64,000 bases of DNA from positions 57,102,001 to 57,166,000 of the forward strand of contig OX597817.1 of NCBI GenBank assembly GCA_951406725.2. Direction: 5' to 3'. Below the pieces are notes generated by a model that was given only the letters and a program-made list of their open reading frames with translations, ran no database searches and was not told where the DNA came from. The DNA is from Octopus vulgaris. Lineage: Eukaryota. The position numbers and the translations under genes are program-made. Shown here one piece after another: positions 11,934 through 27,546 of the stretch (positions are counted from its first letter, which is position 1; every line of letters begins with the position of its first letter).

Positions 11934-13808
11934 TGTATATAAGCCGTTTACATTATTGTCTAGAGTCCTAAGACTCATAGCATTGATCAGCTAGTTTCCA
12001 TAGTTATAAATGACCAAAACCACAACATTGACCCTCAACGCGACACCAGTCCATTACAGTTGAGTAGACTGAAGTAACGTTAAATAAAGTGTTTTACTCA
12101 AGTAAACCTTGACCTTACAATCATGAGGGCAACACCCTGACCAAAAGACCTTAAATACATTTTTTTGTCTTTACTTATACAAACAGAATAAACAATTAAC
12201 AATTCATAATGAAGGGATTGTTAATACAAAGCTATTCAGTTTATATTTATATAGTTGTTAGACTAAAAATTAGTAAATTCCAGTTTAATTATTTTACTGA
12301 TACCAGTCATTAAGTTGGGGTATCACCCTCTATGAAACAACGAATACATCTTTGGGAAAACTTAAATCAATTATAATCACAAAGCTCTCTCTATTGAACT
12401 GGTTCCACAAACTGCCAGTTAAGAAGTGAATTAAGTCTACAGTCAGTGTTGGTGGCACCGTTGTTGTCCATCCATCTGTATTAGCATCACAACTGGCAGA
12501 GATAATAGACCGTTCTACAAGGCCTGGGATTTTGGTGGGAGCTGGGCCACTCAATTACACCGATCCCAGTGCTTCACTGGGATTTATTTTATCAACCCAA
12601 AGAGGATGAAAGGTAAAGTCCATCTTGGCAGAATTTGAACTTAGAACATAAAGCCAGAAGACGTGCTGCTGAGCATCTTGTCCAACATGCTATGGATTCT
12701 GTCTGCTCACTGCCTTAACTGGCCAACATAATAATAATAATCCTTTCTACTGGAGGTACAAGGCTTGAAATTTGGGGGAGGGGCCAGTCAATTAGATCCC
12801 CCCCCCCCGCTTCCCAGTATGCAACTGGTACTTAATTTATCAACTCTGCAAAGATGAAAGACTAAGTCGACCTCAGCGGAATTTGAATTCAGAACGTAGT
12901 GACGAGTGAAATACTGCTAAGCATTTCATCAAGCGTGCTGACGATTCTGCCAGCTCACTGCCTTTGGCATAATAATAATAATAATAAACAACTGTTGATC
13001 AATGGTAATTCACTGACGATTTAGTTGTTTAATCAAATTAATTGTTCATCCAATTAGCACGTAAGCGGCTGAGTATTCCATAGTCATGTGTACCCTTAGC
13101 TTAGTTCCCAATCAGAATCAGTACAACAGAGTGTACAACAAGGTTCTACCTTTTGAATTACTGGTACTAGTGGTTTCAGGTGATAGCGTCTCCACCAAAT
13201 ACAATTTCAGATTATCTTAGAAGAAGAGAGAAAACCAACAGAAAGACAGTAGCCCACAGTTGCCATTAGAAACCTGTGCAATGGTGTGTGGGGGTCTGGA
13301 AGGTCAGTCATTCCACTGACAGGGGTCAAGGGAAAGAGTCAAGGAATACAGAGCTGAAACCTGAAGTGCTGGGTTTATAGCAACAACAGAGAATGGAAGC
13401 ACCATAGATAACCGCCAAGTTGATAGTGAGAGGAACACTTAAGAAAATACCAGTCCAGTTATAAAATCACAGTCTGCAAATGGAAACTTTGGTACATTAA
13501 AGAATTGTGCCAACAGGAAGGTAGGAGAGGGAGGATAAGCTGTATATCTACAGTGGAAATACCTGAGATTGGATGTAGACTTTTCTACTGTTACTAGAAA
13601 AGCAACTAAGGTGCTGTATATTAAGCTTAGCACAGACAAGGATTAAAGGGTTTTCAAGATTATATAGATTACATCTTAAGAATTCAGTCACTTCGAAAGA
13701 TGTAAAATAATTTATTTTTAATAATGTAAAAAGCAGATAAAGCTTTCCAGTAGCTTTCATTGATCCAAACACGATGTTTACTTGCTATTATTTCTAATTT
13801 AAAAATCA

Positions 13809-13841
<33 letters not shown>

Positions 13842-14466
13842 GTATCTGAACTCCAAGTTACTATAGATTGCTTATTTTATGATGTAGAAGAAAGAATGAC
13901 ATTTATTCCAACTAGGCTTGGTTTCAACAGCTGACTACTCTTCCTAATGCTAACCACTTAAAAAGCACCCAGTACACTCTGTACTGGGTGCTTTTTACGT
14001 GCCACCAGCACCAGTGCTTTTTATGCGGCACCATCACATAAAAAGGAATGTGTTAAGGAATGAAATGGGGGAGGAGGGAAGAAGGCTGACGGGACAGGGC
14101 TCCTCATAGACAAGCTTTACCATGATTCTGTTGTGGTGGGCAGGTCTTCCTGAGTACAGCCATGTGCCATACATCTCAGTCATTTATCATCTCCATTGTA
14201 ACGCTCAGCATCTTGTGAACTGTTTTAGGTGTCTTTAGTAATTTGCAAGACAGACAGACATCCTCTCGATTCAGCAGAATGCTAACGATATGACACCAGT
14301 AGGAAACAGAAAGGGCTGCAATAGCATTCAGCTGGTACTAACTGAAGCTATGTGAAATGAAGTACCTTGCTCAAGGACCCAATTACCTGACCCAGGAATC
14401 AAACCCATGGCCTTAGAATTGTAAGTCCAAGAACCTAACCACTAGGTCACACAAGTTCACAATATA

Positions 14467-14813
14467 CATTATTTACATTTGACGGATATTTATCCTCATT
14501 TTGTTTGTTGCTAACACACTGTTTCAGCTGATATACCCTCCAGCCTTCATCAGGAAATTTCGAACTTGGGCTCTCGTTCCTAAGGTATTTTTTGATATTA
14601 TTATTATTATTATTCGGGTCCACTGCCTGGAATTGAACTCGGAATCTTGGGGTTAGTAGCCCACGCTCTTAACCACTACACCATATACCCATGTTGAAGG
14701 CTGGAGGGTATATCAGCTGAAACGTTAACAACAGACAAGATGAAGACAAATGTCCATCAAATGTAAATGTAAATATTGTATATAATTCCTCATCTCTTAA
14801 ATATAGAACTGTA
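14467..14813. mobile_element. Family HH-A: tRNA-headed, hammerhead-tailed element with inverted duplication and 14-bp TSD
   Basis: Minus-strand copy 14690->14467 (A box tggtgtagtgg, B box gagttcaattcc, CTGATGA-aggctg..cagct-GAAAC) followed by plus-strand tail 14695-14813; TSD aagttcacaatata at 14453-14466 and 14814-14827. Confidence 0.85.
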
Positions 14814-15464
14814 AAGTTCACAATATATTCAGCATATAATGGTAAATAGTTTATTTTAGAAATTATGAGAAATTAATTTTTAGTAATATAAAATAATCTC
14901 TAGAAATAAATATTATTATTAAATTACTGTTTGGTCCAGCTATTACAAGCTATTAAAATAGAATAAAATAATTTCATATCCTGAGCATATACCATCCAGT
15001 TTCATAAACCAGAACAAACGTTTTACATTTAATTAGTAAATTAAAACAATGATTTAGTTAATTATTTTTAATCAGATATCAATTTAAAATAGCAATAACA
15101 ATAATTATACATAAAAAAAAAAAGCTGCCTATTTTCATGCAAACTAAGAAAAGTATTACAAAAATATAACCCCAGGTGAAATGTTGAACCAATGTGAAAT
15201 GTTGGTTAGCCTTGTTTGTGTAGCAAAAAGGGGAACTTTCTAGACTGTAAGAAGAGCAGTAAAAGGCAGAAACAGGAATCAAAAAAAGGTTATTGGTGAG
15301 GCGGTATTATTGCTTTGGAATTTTCTGATTATTTTTTTTTTCTCCCCTCCGTCTTGAAAGCAGAAGCAGCTACTTGAGGTAACTTCTCTACTAAAGGAAT
15401 CGGACTATTTCAAAGAACTTAACTCACAGTTAATATATTCACAGGCCATTTTCAGATTTTACGT

Positions 15465-16015
15465 ATTTGTTTCAGTCATTAAACTGTGGCCATGCTGGAG
15501 CACTGCCCTGAAGAATTTTCTTTTAGTTGAATGTATCAATGCCAGGACTTAGATTTTTTTTTTATTTGGTTTTCAATCTGGTACTTATTCTATCAATCCC
15601 ACCTGCTGAGCTGCTAAGTTACGGGGATAGTAAATTGTTTATTTTAGAAATGATGAGAAATTAATTCTTAGTAATATTAAATAATCTCTAGAAATAAATA
15701 TTATTATTAAATTACTGTTTGGTCCTGTTGTTATAGTTTAACCGAGCAATAACATTTCAAGTTATTAAAATAGAATAAAATAATTTCATATCCTGAGGAC
15801 ACACCAACACTGGTTGTCAAGCAGCAGTGGGGAACAGACACACACACACACACACGTGTATGAGACAGGCTTCTAACAGTTTCCATCTACCAAATCCACC
15901 CACAAGGCTGGTGAACCCAAGACTGTAGCAGAAGACACTTAAAGCACCATGAAGTGAGACTGAACCCAGAACCATGTGGCTGGGAAGCAAACTTCATACC
16001 ACATAACCACTCCTT
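15465..16015 (-). mobile_element. CORE-like tRNA SINE (same family as 35088-35498) interrupted by a copy of nearby DNA at 15630-15797
   Basis: gtcattaaactgtggccatgctggagcac ... acaccaacactggttgtcaagc ... tctaccaaatccac ... tgaacccagaaccatgtgg. Confidence 0.75.
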
Positions 16016-16673
16016 GCACCAATGGAACACGGCTTCATAGATTGGAATATTATCAGAGAATAATATCTTTCCAAGGAGCTGCAACAACAGCAGCAGCAAT
16101 AGTCTCTGTTACATCCATGACCAACTCGACTGAAACCTAATCCCTAGCAGCTTATGGCTTACAAAGAAAGAAAAAAATTGGCTGCGGGGAATGGTTAGCA
16201 TCCTGCAAAGCAGCCTAATGTGAGCCATTGGCTACAACAACTCATGCAAATTTAAGAAATTGCACACACAGCCAACCCATGCTAACGACAATGACAAACG
16301 ACAATATCATTACATATTATTTTTGATTATAACCAAAATAATTTGAGAAAAGCAATCACTTCCCAAGAACCATTCAACTTTGTAAATTTTTTTAATTGTT
16401 TTTGTGATATCTTCTTCGTTTGCAAGCATTGAAACGGTGTGCAACAGTGAATATATTTAAACAATGAGTTAAGTTTTGATAATGAGAGAGAGAAAGATGG
16501 CGGGAAAAAAAAGAGGGTAAATGAAAGGGGAGGAGGGGAGGGTGAGCCTGAGCTTTGGTTGGGAAAGAGAACAGAATCCAGCGGCAGTTGTTTTCAGTAT
16601 ATAAATACATATATATGTGTGCATACATATATACGTATATATATAGAATTTGTCTCTTTGGTTATGTACAAAC

Positions 16674-16715
16674 CTGCTTTCCGGAGTCCGGACCGAGAAT
16701 AGTGAGGGATGCGTG
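16674..16715 (-). CDS. Patronin: CAMSAP/patronin 42-nt small exon ([S/A]RIPHYSRSGLRKA)
   Basis: Acceptor tctatcttcctacag, donor cag/gtttgt (same donor type as 52469 and 50908), phase 1->1, open and CpG-rich unlike flanks. Confidence 0.7.
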
Positions 16716-17233
16716 CTGTAGGAAGATAGATAGAATGACACACTAATGCTGGCAGCAAAACAGCCACTTAGTCTAAACATATCTGGGAACCTGGATTTTA
16801 GTTCACATTCACTTCACAATAAAACAAAATAAAGCAAAGTTTTTTTTTTTTTTAAATAAACATACATACATACACACACGAGAAAAAAAAACACAGCAAT
16901 CAGGCAATAAAAATAAAAATTATAAAAATAAAATTATAATCAAATTAAATCAAAATATTTTTTTATATTTATTACTCTGAGGAATATGGACAAGTCTGTG
17001 TCCATATTGTCAAAGACTAAAACAATAAATAAATAAAAAGAAGCAACAACATTTAAACTGCCAAATATAAAAAAAAGACTTGTTAATTAAACAGTTTTCC
17101 TCCATAAACTTGTGCTACACAGTATTAATTAGTCAGTCTTAAGGGTTGTCTTAATTAGTCGGTCTTGCTCACCTGTGTCACTTTGAGAGTGTGGCGGTTA
17201 TCTCCCCTAACTTCACCTACGTAACAGCATCAC

Positions 17234-17300
<67 letters not shown>

Positions 17301-18687
17301 CCTCTCAGTTACTACCATTCATTCACTGCCTGTGTGCGTATTGGGAGGTAGTTGATCTAGTTTAAGTTCCAAAAATGTGTAGGTGTGGAGGGGGGCAAAA
17401 TTTTATCACATTTTTGTGCTATTTTCACCAAAAACTAGCGACCATCAAATTTGAAAGACTTTTACCAATTGCTTAAATTATGACTGAAATGATCACCAAC
17501 CCCTTAAATCATTGCTGAAAGACACACCAACCCCTTAATTCTTCACAGACTGACAATTCTTTTGATACCCACCCATTTGAGACAGTTTTAAAGTAATCTA
17601 AATTAAAATCTCCAACCAAAATTTTGTGTTAATTTTGTTTCCAGGCACCAGATTAATAAAGAAAAAATATTTTTAAAATTTAATTCTTCATCATTTTAAA
17701 AATTAATCAAAACAAAAGTAGTGTTGTCAGGAGACATGATAAGAAAATGATTAAATGACCCCTGCAAAATGACACCTCGACCCCCTAAATTTTCACTGAA
17801 AAAACACCTCCAAACTCCATAAACCATCCCTGAAAGATTCCCCCACTCAAACCTCTACATCGTGTGATAGCTTGAAGTTCTCTCCAACAGGGCAACATAA
17901 CACAGAACCTGATGAAATGACATGAAACAGACTGCTTACAACTCCAGAGCACTAAACAGAGATGCCTTTTACACAAAAGGCATTCATTAATCCAGTCTTG
18001 CAAACAGAATTAATTAATAAACCACTTATTTTAGACTAACAAAAACTTAATATTTGTAAACATAGAACAGAAAACTACAACTAAAATAATCATAGACTCT
18101 TAGCGAACCATTAGAGCTTCACTGTGAACTGTGGGACACATTAGCTATTAACTACAGAAGACTGACAATTGATGGAGAAATAAACAATTCACTTGAGGAC
18201 CATCTTCGTAAACTAGAGACTTCTTTCAAAAGAGGGCAGCAGTAGATAAAGGTGGGAGGACAACGGTAGATAAACATTGAGTGGGGTAGTAACAGGGGTT
18301 AAAAGAAGATAGCATTGGGGTAAGGAGGGGGGAAAATGAGTCGTAATATTGGGCAAAACGTAGGTAAAAGGGGAACAGGGGCAGTCGAACAAGGAGCAGT
18401 GGAGGGTAAAAATTAAAAGACTAAAAAAATGCGGACTATGTATCTTGATGGGTTTTATCACATGCAAACATAAGGCAGTGCTAGATATAACATACATCGT
18501 CAGTGTGTGTGTGTGTGTGTGTGTGTGTGTTTATGAATGAATGCATGCATGTATATGTGAGTGTGATCATTACACCATTTCTAATTCCCTAACAGACACA
18601 AAGCAACATAAATAGGAAAAAAAAAGACACTAAAAACTTAATATATGTATATATATATACAGGTTTCAAGAAGTGAGATAACTGTAC

Positions 18688-18720
18688 CTCTGGCTGGTGC
18701 TGGGCTGGATAGGCTTATCC
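18688..18720 (-). CDS. Patronin: CAMSAP/patronin 33-nt microexon (WISLSSPAPAR)
   Basis: Long pyrimidine tract tttcttttctccatttcatctgttgcttag, donor gag/gtacag, phase 1->1, open. Confidence 0.6.
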
Positions 18721-19539
18721 CTAAGCAACAGATGAAATGGAGAAAAGAAAGAAACAAGTAGACAACACCATGAAGATTATTATTATTATTATTATTAGGG
18801 AACAAATTTATCCACATTATACAAGAGGGCAGATAAGGGAAGTAACAAAAGTGTAGAAAATTAAACAGGTAAATTAATTAGCAAAGGCAGAATAGGTAAC
18901 AAAAAAAAAAAGCTTAAAGGGTCGGTCTAATAGAGAAAGGCAGCAGAATAGAAGCGTAGTGTGAGCAATGAACACATAGAAAGCAAGGCTGATATCAGTG
19001 GCTAAGGGTCGGGGGACAGACTTACCAGCTCAAGCAAAACAAAAGTTAAATTACGAACCAGAATTTAGGGGTTAAAAATAAATATATAGATATATATATA
19101 TGTATATATATGTATATAGAAGAGCTACTTTACCAAAGTTCCAACACAACTAGTATCCAAAACTAAAACCATTTTCTGTGCAGACAATATGCAGATATAT
19201 ATATATATATATATATAAATATATATGTATGTATATACACACATATATATATATATGTAAAGCCGTTGATAAACTAACAAGTTTTTGCATTGCTCAGAAA
19301 TGGAAAGCTAACTTTTTTTTTTTAATTAATTTTTTTTATTTAGAAATAAAAAGAGACAAAACCAAATGAAAAATGAGGCTGTGCAAAATATATTGTAAAT
19401 ATTCAATGGAAGGAGTTTGTTAACCAGAGGTGTCCAGATTATCAGGCTAGGTTTGGTTAATAACATAACACAGGTGTAATATAGACTAGAAGGGTTAACA
19501 ATGGAGTGGGATTATCAGGATTAATATATTTGATACATT

Positions 19540-21765
<2,226 letters not shown>

Positions 21766-23689
21766 AAATAATCAACAGAGCTAAGTCAAAATTATATCAA
21801 CTACAGTTAAAAGTATGGTAACAAAATAAAAGTTAGTCAAGCTCATTAGCCACTTCTGTGATAACAGACAGTAAGCAGAAGAGAATCAACTGACTGATTA
21901 ACTAATCTAATATTAAGAATGGTAATTAAATCATTAAGCATCAAAAGAGGCAATATTTGATCATCTTGAAAAAATCTGTGGTTCTTTTAGAATCAAATAC
22001 AGAAGAATATCCAAAGCATAACAACCAGATGTTTAACACAACAATTTTACCTTAGGCTTTAACTCGGCAATTACTCACAGATGAAGGAGATGTGCAAATA
22101 CTCGTTAGACATAATTACCAAGTCTTGTGTCATCAAGATTTAAAATGTTTCACTAATGGCAAGAAAGAATTTTTGAAGATATTTAAAAGAGAATTGAGAC
22201 TGGAAACTCAAGACAAAAATTAATTCCAATCCACCTGAGACCATCCACAATTCTCTGATAGAGATTTCCTGTTTGGAAGAGATCTATAATTTCCATCAAA
22301 TATTCATGTTAATTTTTGCTCCAAATACCAGCTGAATAATGACTATTTTACTAAATTCTCACATTATTTCCAAATTCATTCAGAACAAAAAAGCAGGATA
22401 TTTCAACTAAAATATGATAATGAATAATGCTATATTTATAAAAAAATAAAGCTTGTAAGTTGTAATTTATAGGAGACCACAATACTGACAAGATACTAGG
22501 AGCATGTAACACTGAAATTCCTCAAGTTTCATTGTTTTTCAGACAATAACCACTGCAAGAAGTCAGATAGAAGCAGCATAATGGGCTATGCTAGAGAACT
22601 GAAACAGAAAAACTGTTTTTAAGAATTATTTTGGGAAGAACTAAAGTTAAAACAAATATGAAATCAATGATTTTAAATAGATTTTACCTCATCAATGTGA
22701 AATAACAAAAGTTTATATACTGATCATTCGACAACAACCAATCAATAATTTATTGAATAAAGGGCAAACGTTGAAGGGAGAGGGAAAGTCAATGAAGAGG
22801 TTGTGAATGGCAATGAATGAACTTTGACTAACAAACAACCGATTGATTGTTTAACCAACTGACAATAAAGAAGTGATACTGAACCAGTGCCTGTGTTTAT
22901 TATTGGCATAATGACCCTCCCAAGACAAGATTGAATTAAGGTTTATAGTTTTAATAAACTTCACAAAAACTGAGTAATTTTCTGAAATTTTGTTTATTCT
23001 AGAGAGAGAAGGGGGGAGGGGAGAAAGAGAAGGGAAGAGGTGAAAGGAGGGGAGATGGGGAGGAGATGGAAGAGAGACAGAGGGAGATGGGAGGGAGATG
23101 AAGGAGAGAGGGAAATGGGGGAGACAAAGAGATGGAGTAGAGATAGTGGGAAAGAAAGAGGGGAGGGAGAGAGAGAGTATTACAGATACTTCCTTCTCTC
23201 ACCTCACAACAGGTGATTATCTCATTAGCAACCTGTAGCCAATTAGGATTATTTTTCATAAATTGTGATAAAAACCTATGTTTCCGTGGCAACTGTTGAC
23301 AGAGCATAAAACAAATGGAACAGCAACATAGAAAATAAATAGAAAACAAACAAGAGCACAAACAAGAAGGGCAACATTTTATATTTTTATTAACAATCCT
23401 GAAGATGGAAAACCAAGCTCAAAGGGAGTGGGGATGGAGACGAGGGGAGAGGGTAAATTTATCAACTGAAAATTGAAATCCTAACAGCACAGAATCCCAG
23501 TTTTTCTCAAAGTGAAACTGACCTAATATAATTAAGTTAACAAGATGGGATGGCGACTACCCCTTACATTCAGTTCCCTCAACTAACCACCAGAGAATCT
23601 TCCCAGAAGTGTCTGCCAATGAACCACTACCAACTGATACACTACTCAACGTTCAAAGACTTAGGTCAGTGCAACTATTTCAAAACAAA

Positions 23690-24037
23690 CAAGAGCACTC
23701 AGAGAGCACAAACCTCTGCCAAGGCAACACCAACGTCCTCTCAATGATCAGCCAAAGATGATTTTTAAAATAAGAATATCTGAAATAAACTCGACTGCTC
23801 TCAAAAACGAGAATATTAAAAATAAACCAGATGGCTCTCTAAAATTAAGTAAAAAACAGGAAAAATAATCAAGAATCCTTGTCCAGTACCGGATCAATCC
23901 CCAAATCTAATCAGTTCATGCCAATCACAAGGCCAAACAAACCTGAAAGTTTCATCTGAACCCATCCAGCGGTTCTTGAGATATTTTGTCCATGGACAAA
24001 CAAACAACTGAAAACAATACCTCTGCCTTTGCTAAGT
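23690..24037 (-). mobile_element. Non-autonomous Helentron/DINE-like element, copy 1
   Basis: caagagcactcagagagcacaaacctctgccaagg ... gatattttgtccatggacaaacaaacaactgaaaacaatacctctgcc; subterminal acctc(c/t)gcc repeats. Confidence 0.65.
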
Positions 24038-24483
24038 GCTTGAGCAGCACACAATTTATTGACCCAAAGGGATGGAAGACAAAGCAGACCTCAGCATAGG
24101 TCCACAAAAACAAAGCAGACCTCAACAATATTTGAACTCAGAAATGTAAAGACAGACAAAATGCTCAGCAGCCTGTTGTCCAGTACACTAACGAGTCTAC
24201 CAGCTCATCACCTTAACAACAACAACAATAATAATAACAATAATAATGGTTTAAAATTTTGGCACAAGGGCAGCAATTCTAGGGAAGAAATAAGTCAATT
24301 ACATCAACCCCAGTGCATAACTGGTACTTAAGTTATCGACCCCGAAAGGACGAAAGGCAAAGTTGACCTCAGCGGAATTTGAACTCAGAACATAGCAGCA
24401 GACAAAATGCCACTAAGCATTTTGCCTAATGTGCTAACGATTCTACCAGCTCACCTTCTTAACAACAACAACAACAATAATAA

Positions 24484-24848
24484 TAAGAGCACTCAGAGAG
24501 CGCAAACCTTCACCAAGGCAACATCAACATCCTCTCAACGATTAGCCAGAAATGATTTTTAAAATAAGAATATCTGAAATAAACTCAACTGCTTTCACAA
24601 ATGAGAATACTAAAAATTAACCTGACCACTCTCAAAAATTAAGTAAAAAAACAGGAAAAATAATCCAGAATCCTTGTCCGGCACCAGATCAACCCCAAAA
24701 TTTAATCAGTTTGTGTCAGTCACAAGGCCAAACATCCCCGAAAGTTTCATCGAATCTATCCAGATGTTCTTGAGATATCTTGTCCACAGACAAACAAATA
24801 AGCACGACTGAAAAACAATGTCTCCGCCCTCGTTAAGGTGGAGGCAAT
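24484..24848 (-). mobile_element. Non-autonomous Helentron/DINE-like element, copy 2
   Basis: Colinear with 23690-24037; terminal palindrome ctccgccctcgttaaggtggag. Confidence 0.65.
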
Positions 24849-25059
24849 AATTCTTTTTAATTCTGGCACAATGCCAGCAATTTTGAGCGGAGTGGGCAAG
24901 TTGACTACTACTTTATTTCATCGATCTCAAAGGATGAAAGACAAAGTGGACTATGGTGAGATTTAAAACCAGAATGCCAAGAGCCAAAAGAAAAACTGGC
25001 TGGCATTTGGCTCAAAGTGCCAACATTAGTGCCAATCCATCACCTTTAAAATAACAGCA

Positions 25060-25300
25060 ACAATGGACACTCAAGAAAAAAAAAGTGAGAAATATCAGGA
25101 TTTAGCCAGAGAGATGAAGAGATTGTGAAAGACTAAAACAGCAATTATTCTGGTGGCAAAGTGGTGCACTTGGCACAACATCCAAACTGCAACCTCAAAG
25201 ACTGAAAGAGACTGGGGCTGAGGCCGACACAGTCACCCTGCAAAATGTGCAATCCTGTACTCTGTAAGAATCCTAAGGAACGTTCTTGAAATTTGTTCTC
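25060..25300 (+). mobile_element. R4/Dong-like non-LTR retrotransposon relic (restriction-like endonuclease C-terminus)
   Basis: Reads EKYQDLAREMKRL*KTKTAII then, after a frameshift, GALGTTSK. Confidence 0.7.
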
Positions 25301-26754
25301 ACCAAACCCCAAGACAACAACCCCTGCTGACAAATATAGCAAGAAACAGTTGGAAAAAACAAATTAATAACATAACAACAACAATAAAACAAAATAATAA
25401 TAAATTTTGATAGCTAGTTCAATAAGGAGTAAAGTAAACTAGATTTGGAGGAAATTAATGACGGTTAGTGTTGGTAAAAGAAAAAACAAAAAAAGTAACA
25501 TTTAATAAAATTTGTAAAATAAGGTAAGTTTAATGCCGTGATAAGAGATGAGTCCTGTTGCTTCTGGTCAAATCTTGGAATTAATAAGGATGCAGGCATT
25601 TCTTAGATGAAGGACTGCACCAGAAACATCACAACTCATCACTTCCCACATCACACTAACTTTTTTTTTTCTCATTTTCCAAACTCCAATAAAATAAGAT
25701 GAGGGAAGAAACAATTGACTGAATTAATTTAAAACTAAAAAGGGGTACTCATACATCTGTTTAATTTCTATTCGACTGGCTTAGATTTGCTAAGTTCATC
25801 TACAAAACTTTTGATGCTATGCTACCAAAGTTTCAGTCTGAACACCACTGGCTAATATCCAATATACCTTTGCAGCAGCAAATGCCATGTTGTAAACCCA
25901 TTTTGATAACCTCCAATTGGGATGGTCCTGCAGGCCAGCTTGTAGAGAGCAGTGGCCCAGATTTAGCTTCAAAAAGGAAAATAAAAATACAAATAAAATC
26001 AGAAGACAGTCATTACTCCGTCTAGTAAGATTAGAGAACTAAGGTGTCAGTAGAGGCCTTTTCAATGGTATCATCCTGAAAACAAAAGATTTTTTCATTT
26101 TTCTATTTTCAAAGAGCATTAATGATAGAGTAATCTAGTTTGTTGAACGTTTAAAGAGTTGAATTAGCTAAATTATTTAGAACAGTTTTAATTACATGAG
26201 CAAGGAAGTAATAATGTCAAGGAGTTATGTATTTCATAAGGGATGGACCCTAACACTTCAGCCATAGCAAGCAGTCCACTACCAAGGACAGGATCCAAGA
26301 GAACAAAGAGAACAGAACACTCAGATCTGAGGCCAAAGACATCTTGGAGTGTCTACCATTTATCTTCTCTAAGTTTTACTCAACAACCAAGAGTCACATC
26401 AACCCTTTCCCTGTCCTGTGTATAACATGGGATACACAGGGAATATCTCCCTGGCGTTCAAGCATCATATATGATACACATTCCTAATTCTGTTTCCAAT
26501 GACCAGAATAACTTGGGACTTGTGAAAGCAAAGCTTTATATTATTCAGAGGGTATGAAACAAGGGCTGGCGTTTATATATGATGCACAGGACACTTGGCT
26601 GATAATCTAAGGTCACAATACATATAAATATATAGATAACCTACCAACTAATACAGTATCAAAATACATTACTCACCAACTAAACCAAATTAACTTCCAA
26701 TAACTAAAAAGTTTGAAAACCAGCATGGCTGCTTAGGAGAGGGTACCTTTTTGA

Positions 26755-27121
26755 ACTCCATACGTTTAACACTCATGGTCATGCTTACAAAATGGAAAAA
26801 CAACACAGCACCAATGACTTTTAGAAACATTTTTCTCAAACTCTGAATTGCTGAAGCATGGAATAAACTACCCACATCAGTTGTGAGCTGTCAGGACACT
26901 ACATCCTTCAAAACTTCCATGCTCCCTAAAATTTGCCAACAGTACATCGGACACCCCAATCGCACCACCATTTTTTTTTAAATGACTCATTCACTATTCA
27001 CTTCCTTTACATTATTCTGTGTACTGTTCATACACTTTTGACTTCTTTGTTCTGATGGGGTGTAATGCACCTGATGAGTTGTAGTGCACCTGAGCACTGT
27101 ACACAATAAGCTCATTATTAT
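26755..27121 (+). mobile_element. CR1 LINE 3' fragment
   Basis: Similar to 1670-2087. Confidence 0.85.
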
Positions 27122-27500
27122 GTTTTTTTTAAATGCTTTAGACAGGTAAAGGGTTAACTAGAGGCTAATACACTTGCTTAATATCAGTGTTCCTATTGTT
27201 TACAGTGAGATACTCCTGTTCATGGTGTTTAATTATGGTTCAGTGAACTGGAGTCGGCCACATACAATTAAATAACAATGAGCAGTGACGAACCATTCAC
27301 TTTTTGGTCGGTTGTGTAACACCATTAACACAACCATCAGGGGTTTCTGTAATAAGACTATTTCATTTTGAATCAGTAAAACAAGGGTGAAGTTTTACTA
27401 CAAACCTTAACCATAATAAACCATGCTAGTTAATGTCATATAATTTATTATTAAAAATGCAACAAGAGCTGACATAGCTAAGTTTTTAAAACAAAAACCA

Positions 27501-27546
<46 letters not shown>

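Noticed and set aside
23192-23221. 30-nt AG/GT-bounded segment (VANEIITCCE)
   Set aside because: In the required phase 1 it hits TAA at once; weak pyrimidine tract; no support
26030-26075. Good minus-strand acceptor (cttttgttttcag) before gatgatacc
   Set aside because: Phase-1 splicing from 32639 creates an immediate TGA and no in-frame donor is evident
27050-27105. CTGATGAG in the CR1 3' UTR as a possible hammerhead
   Set aside because: No downstream GAAA or stems; it is a short local duplication of ctgatg..gtgcacctga
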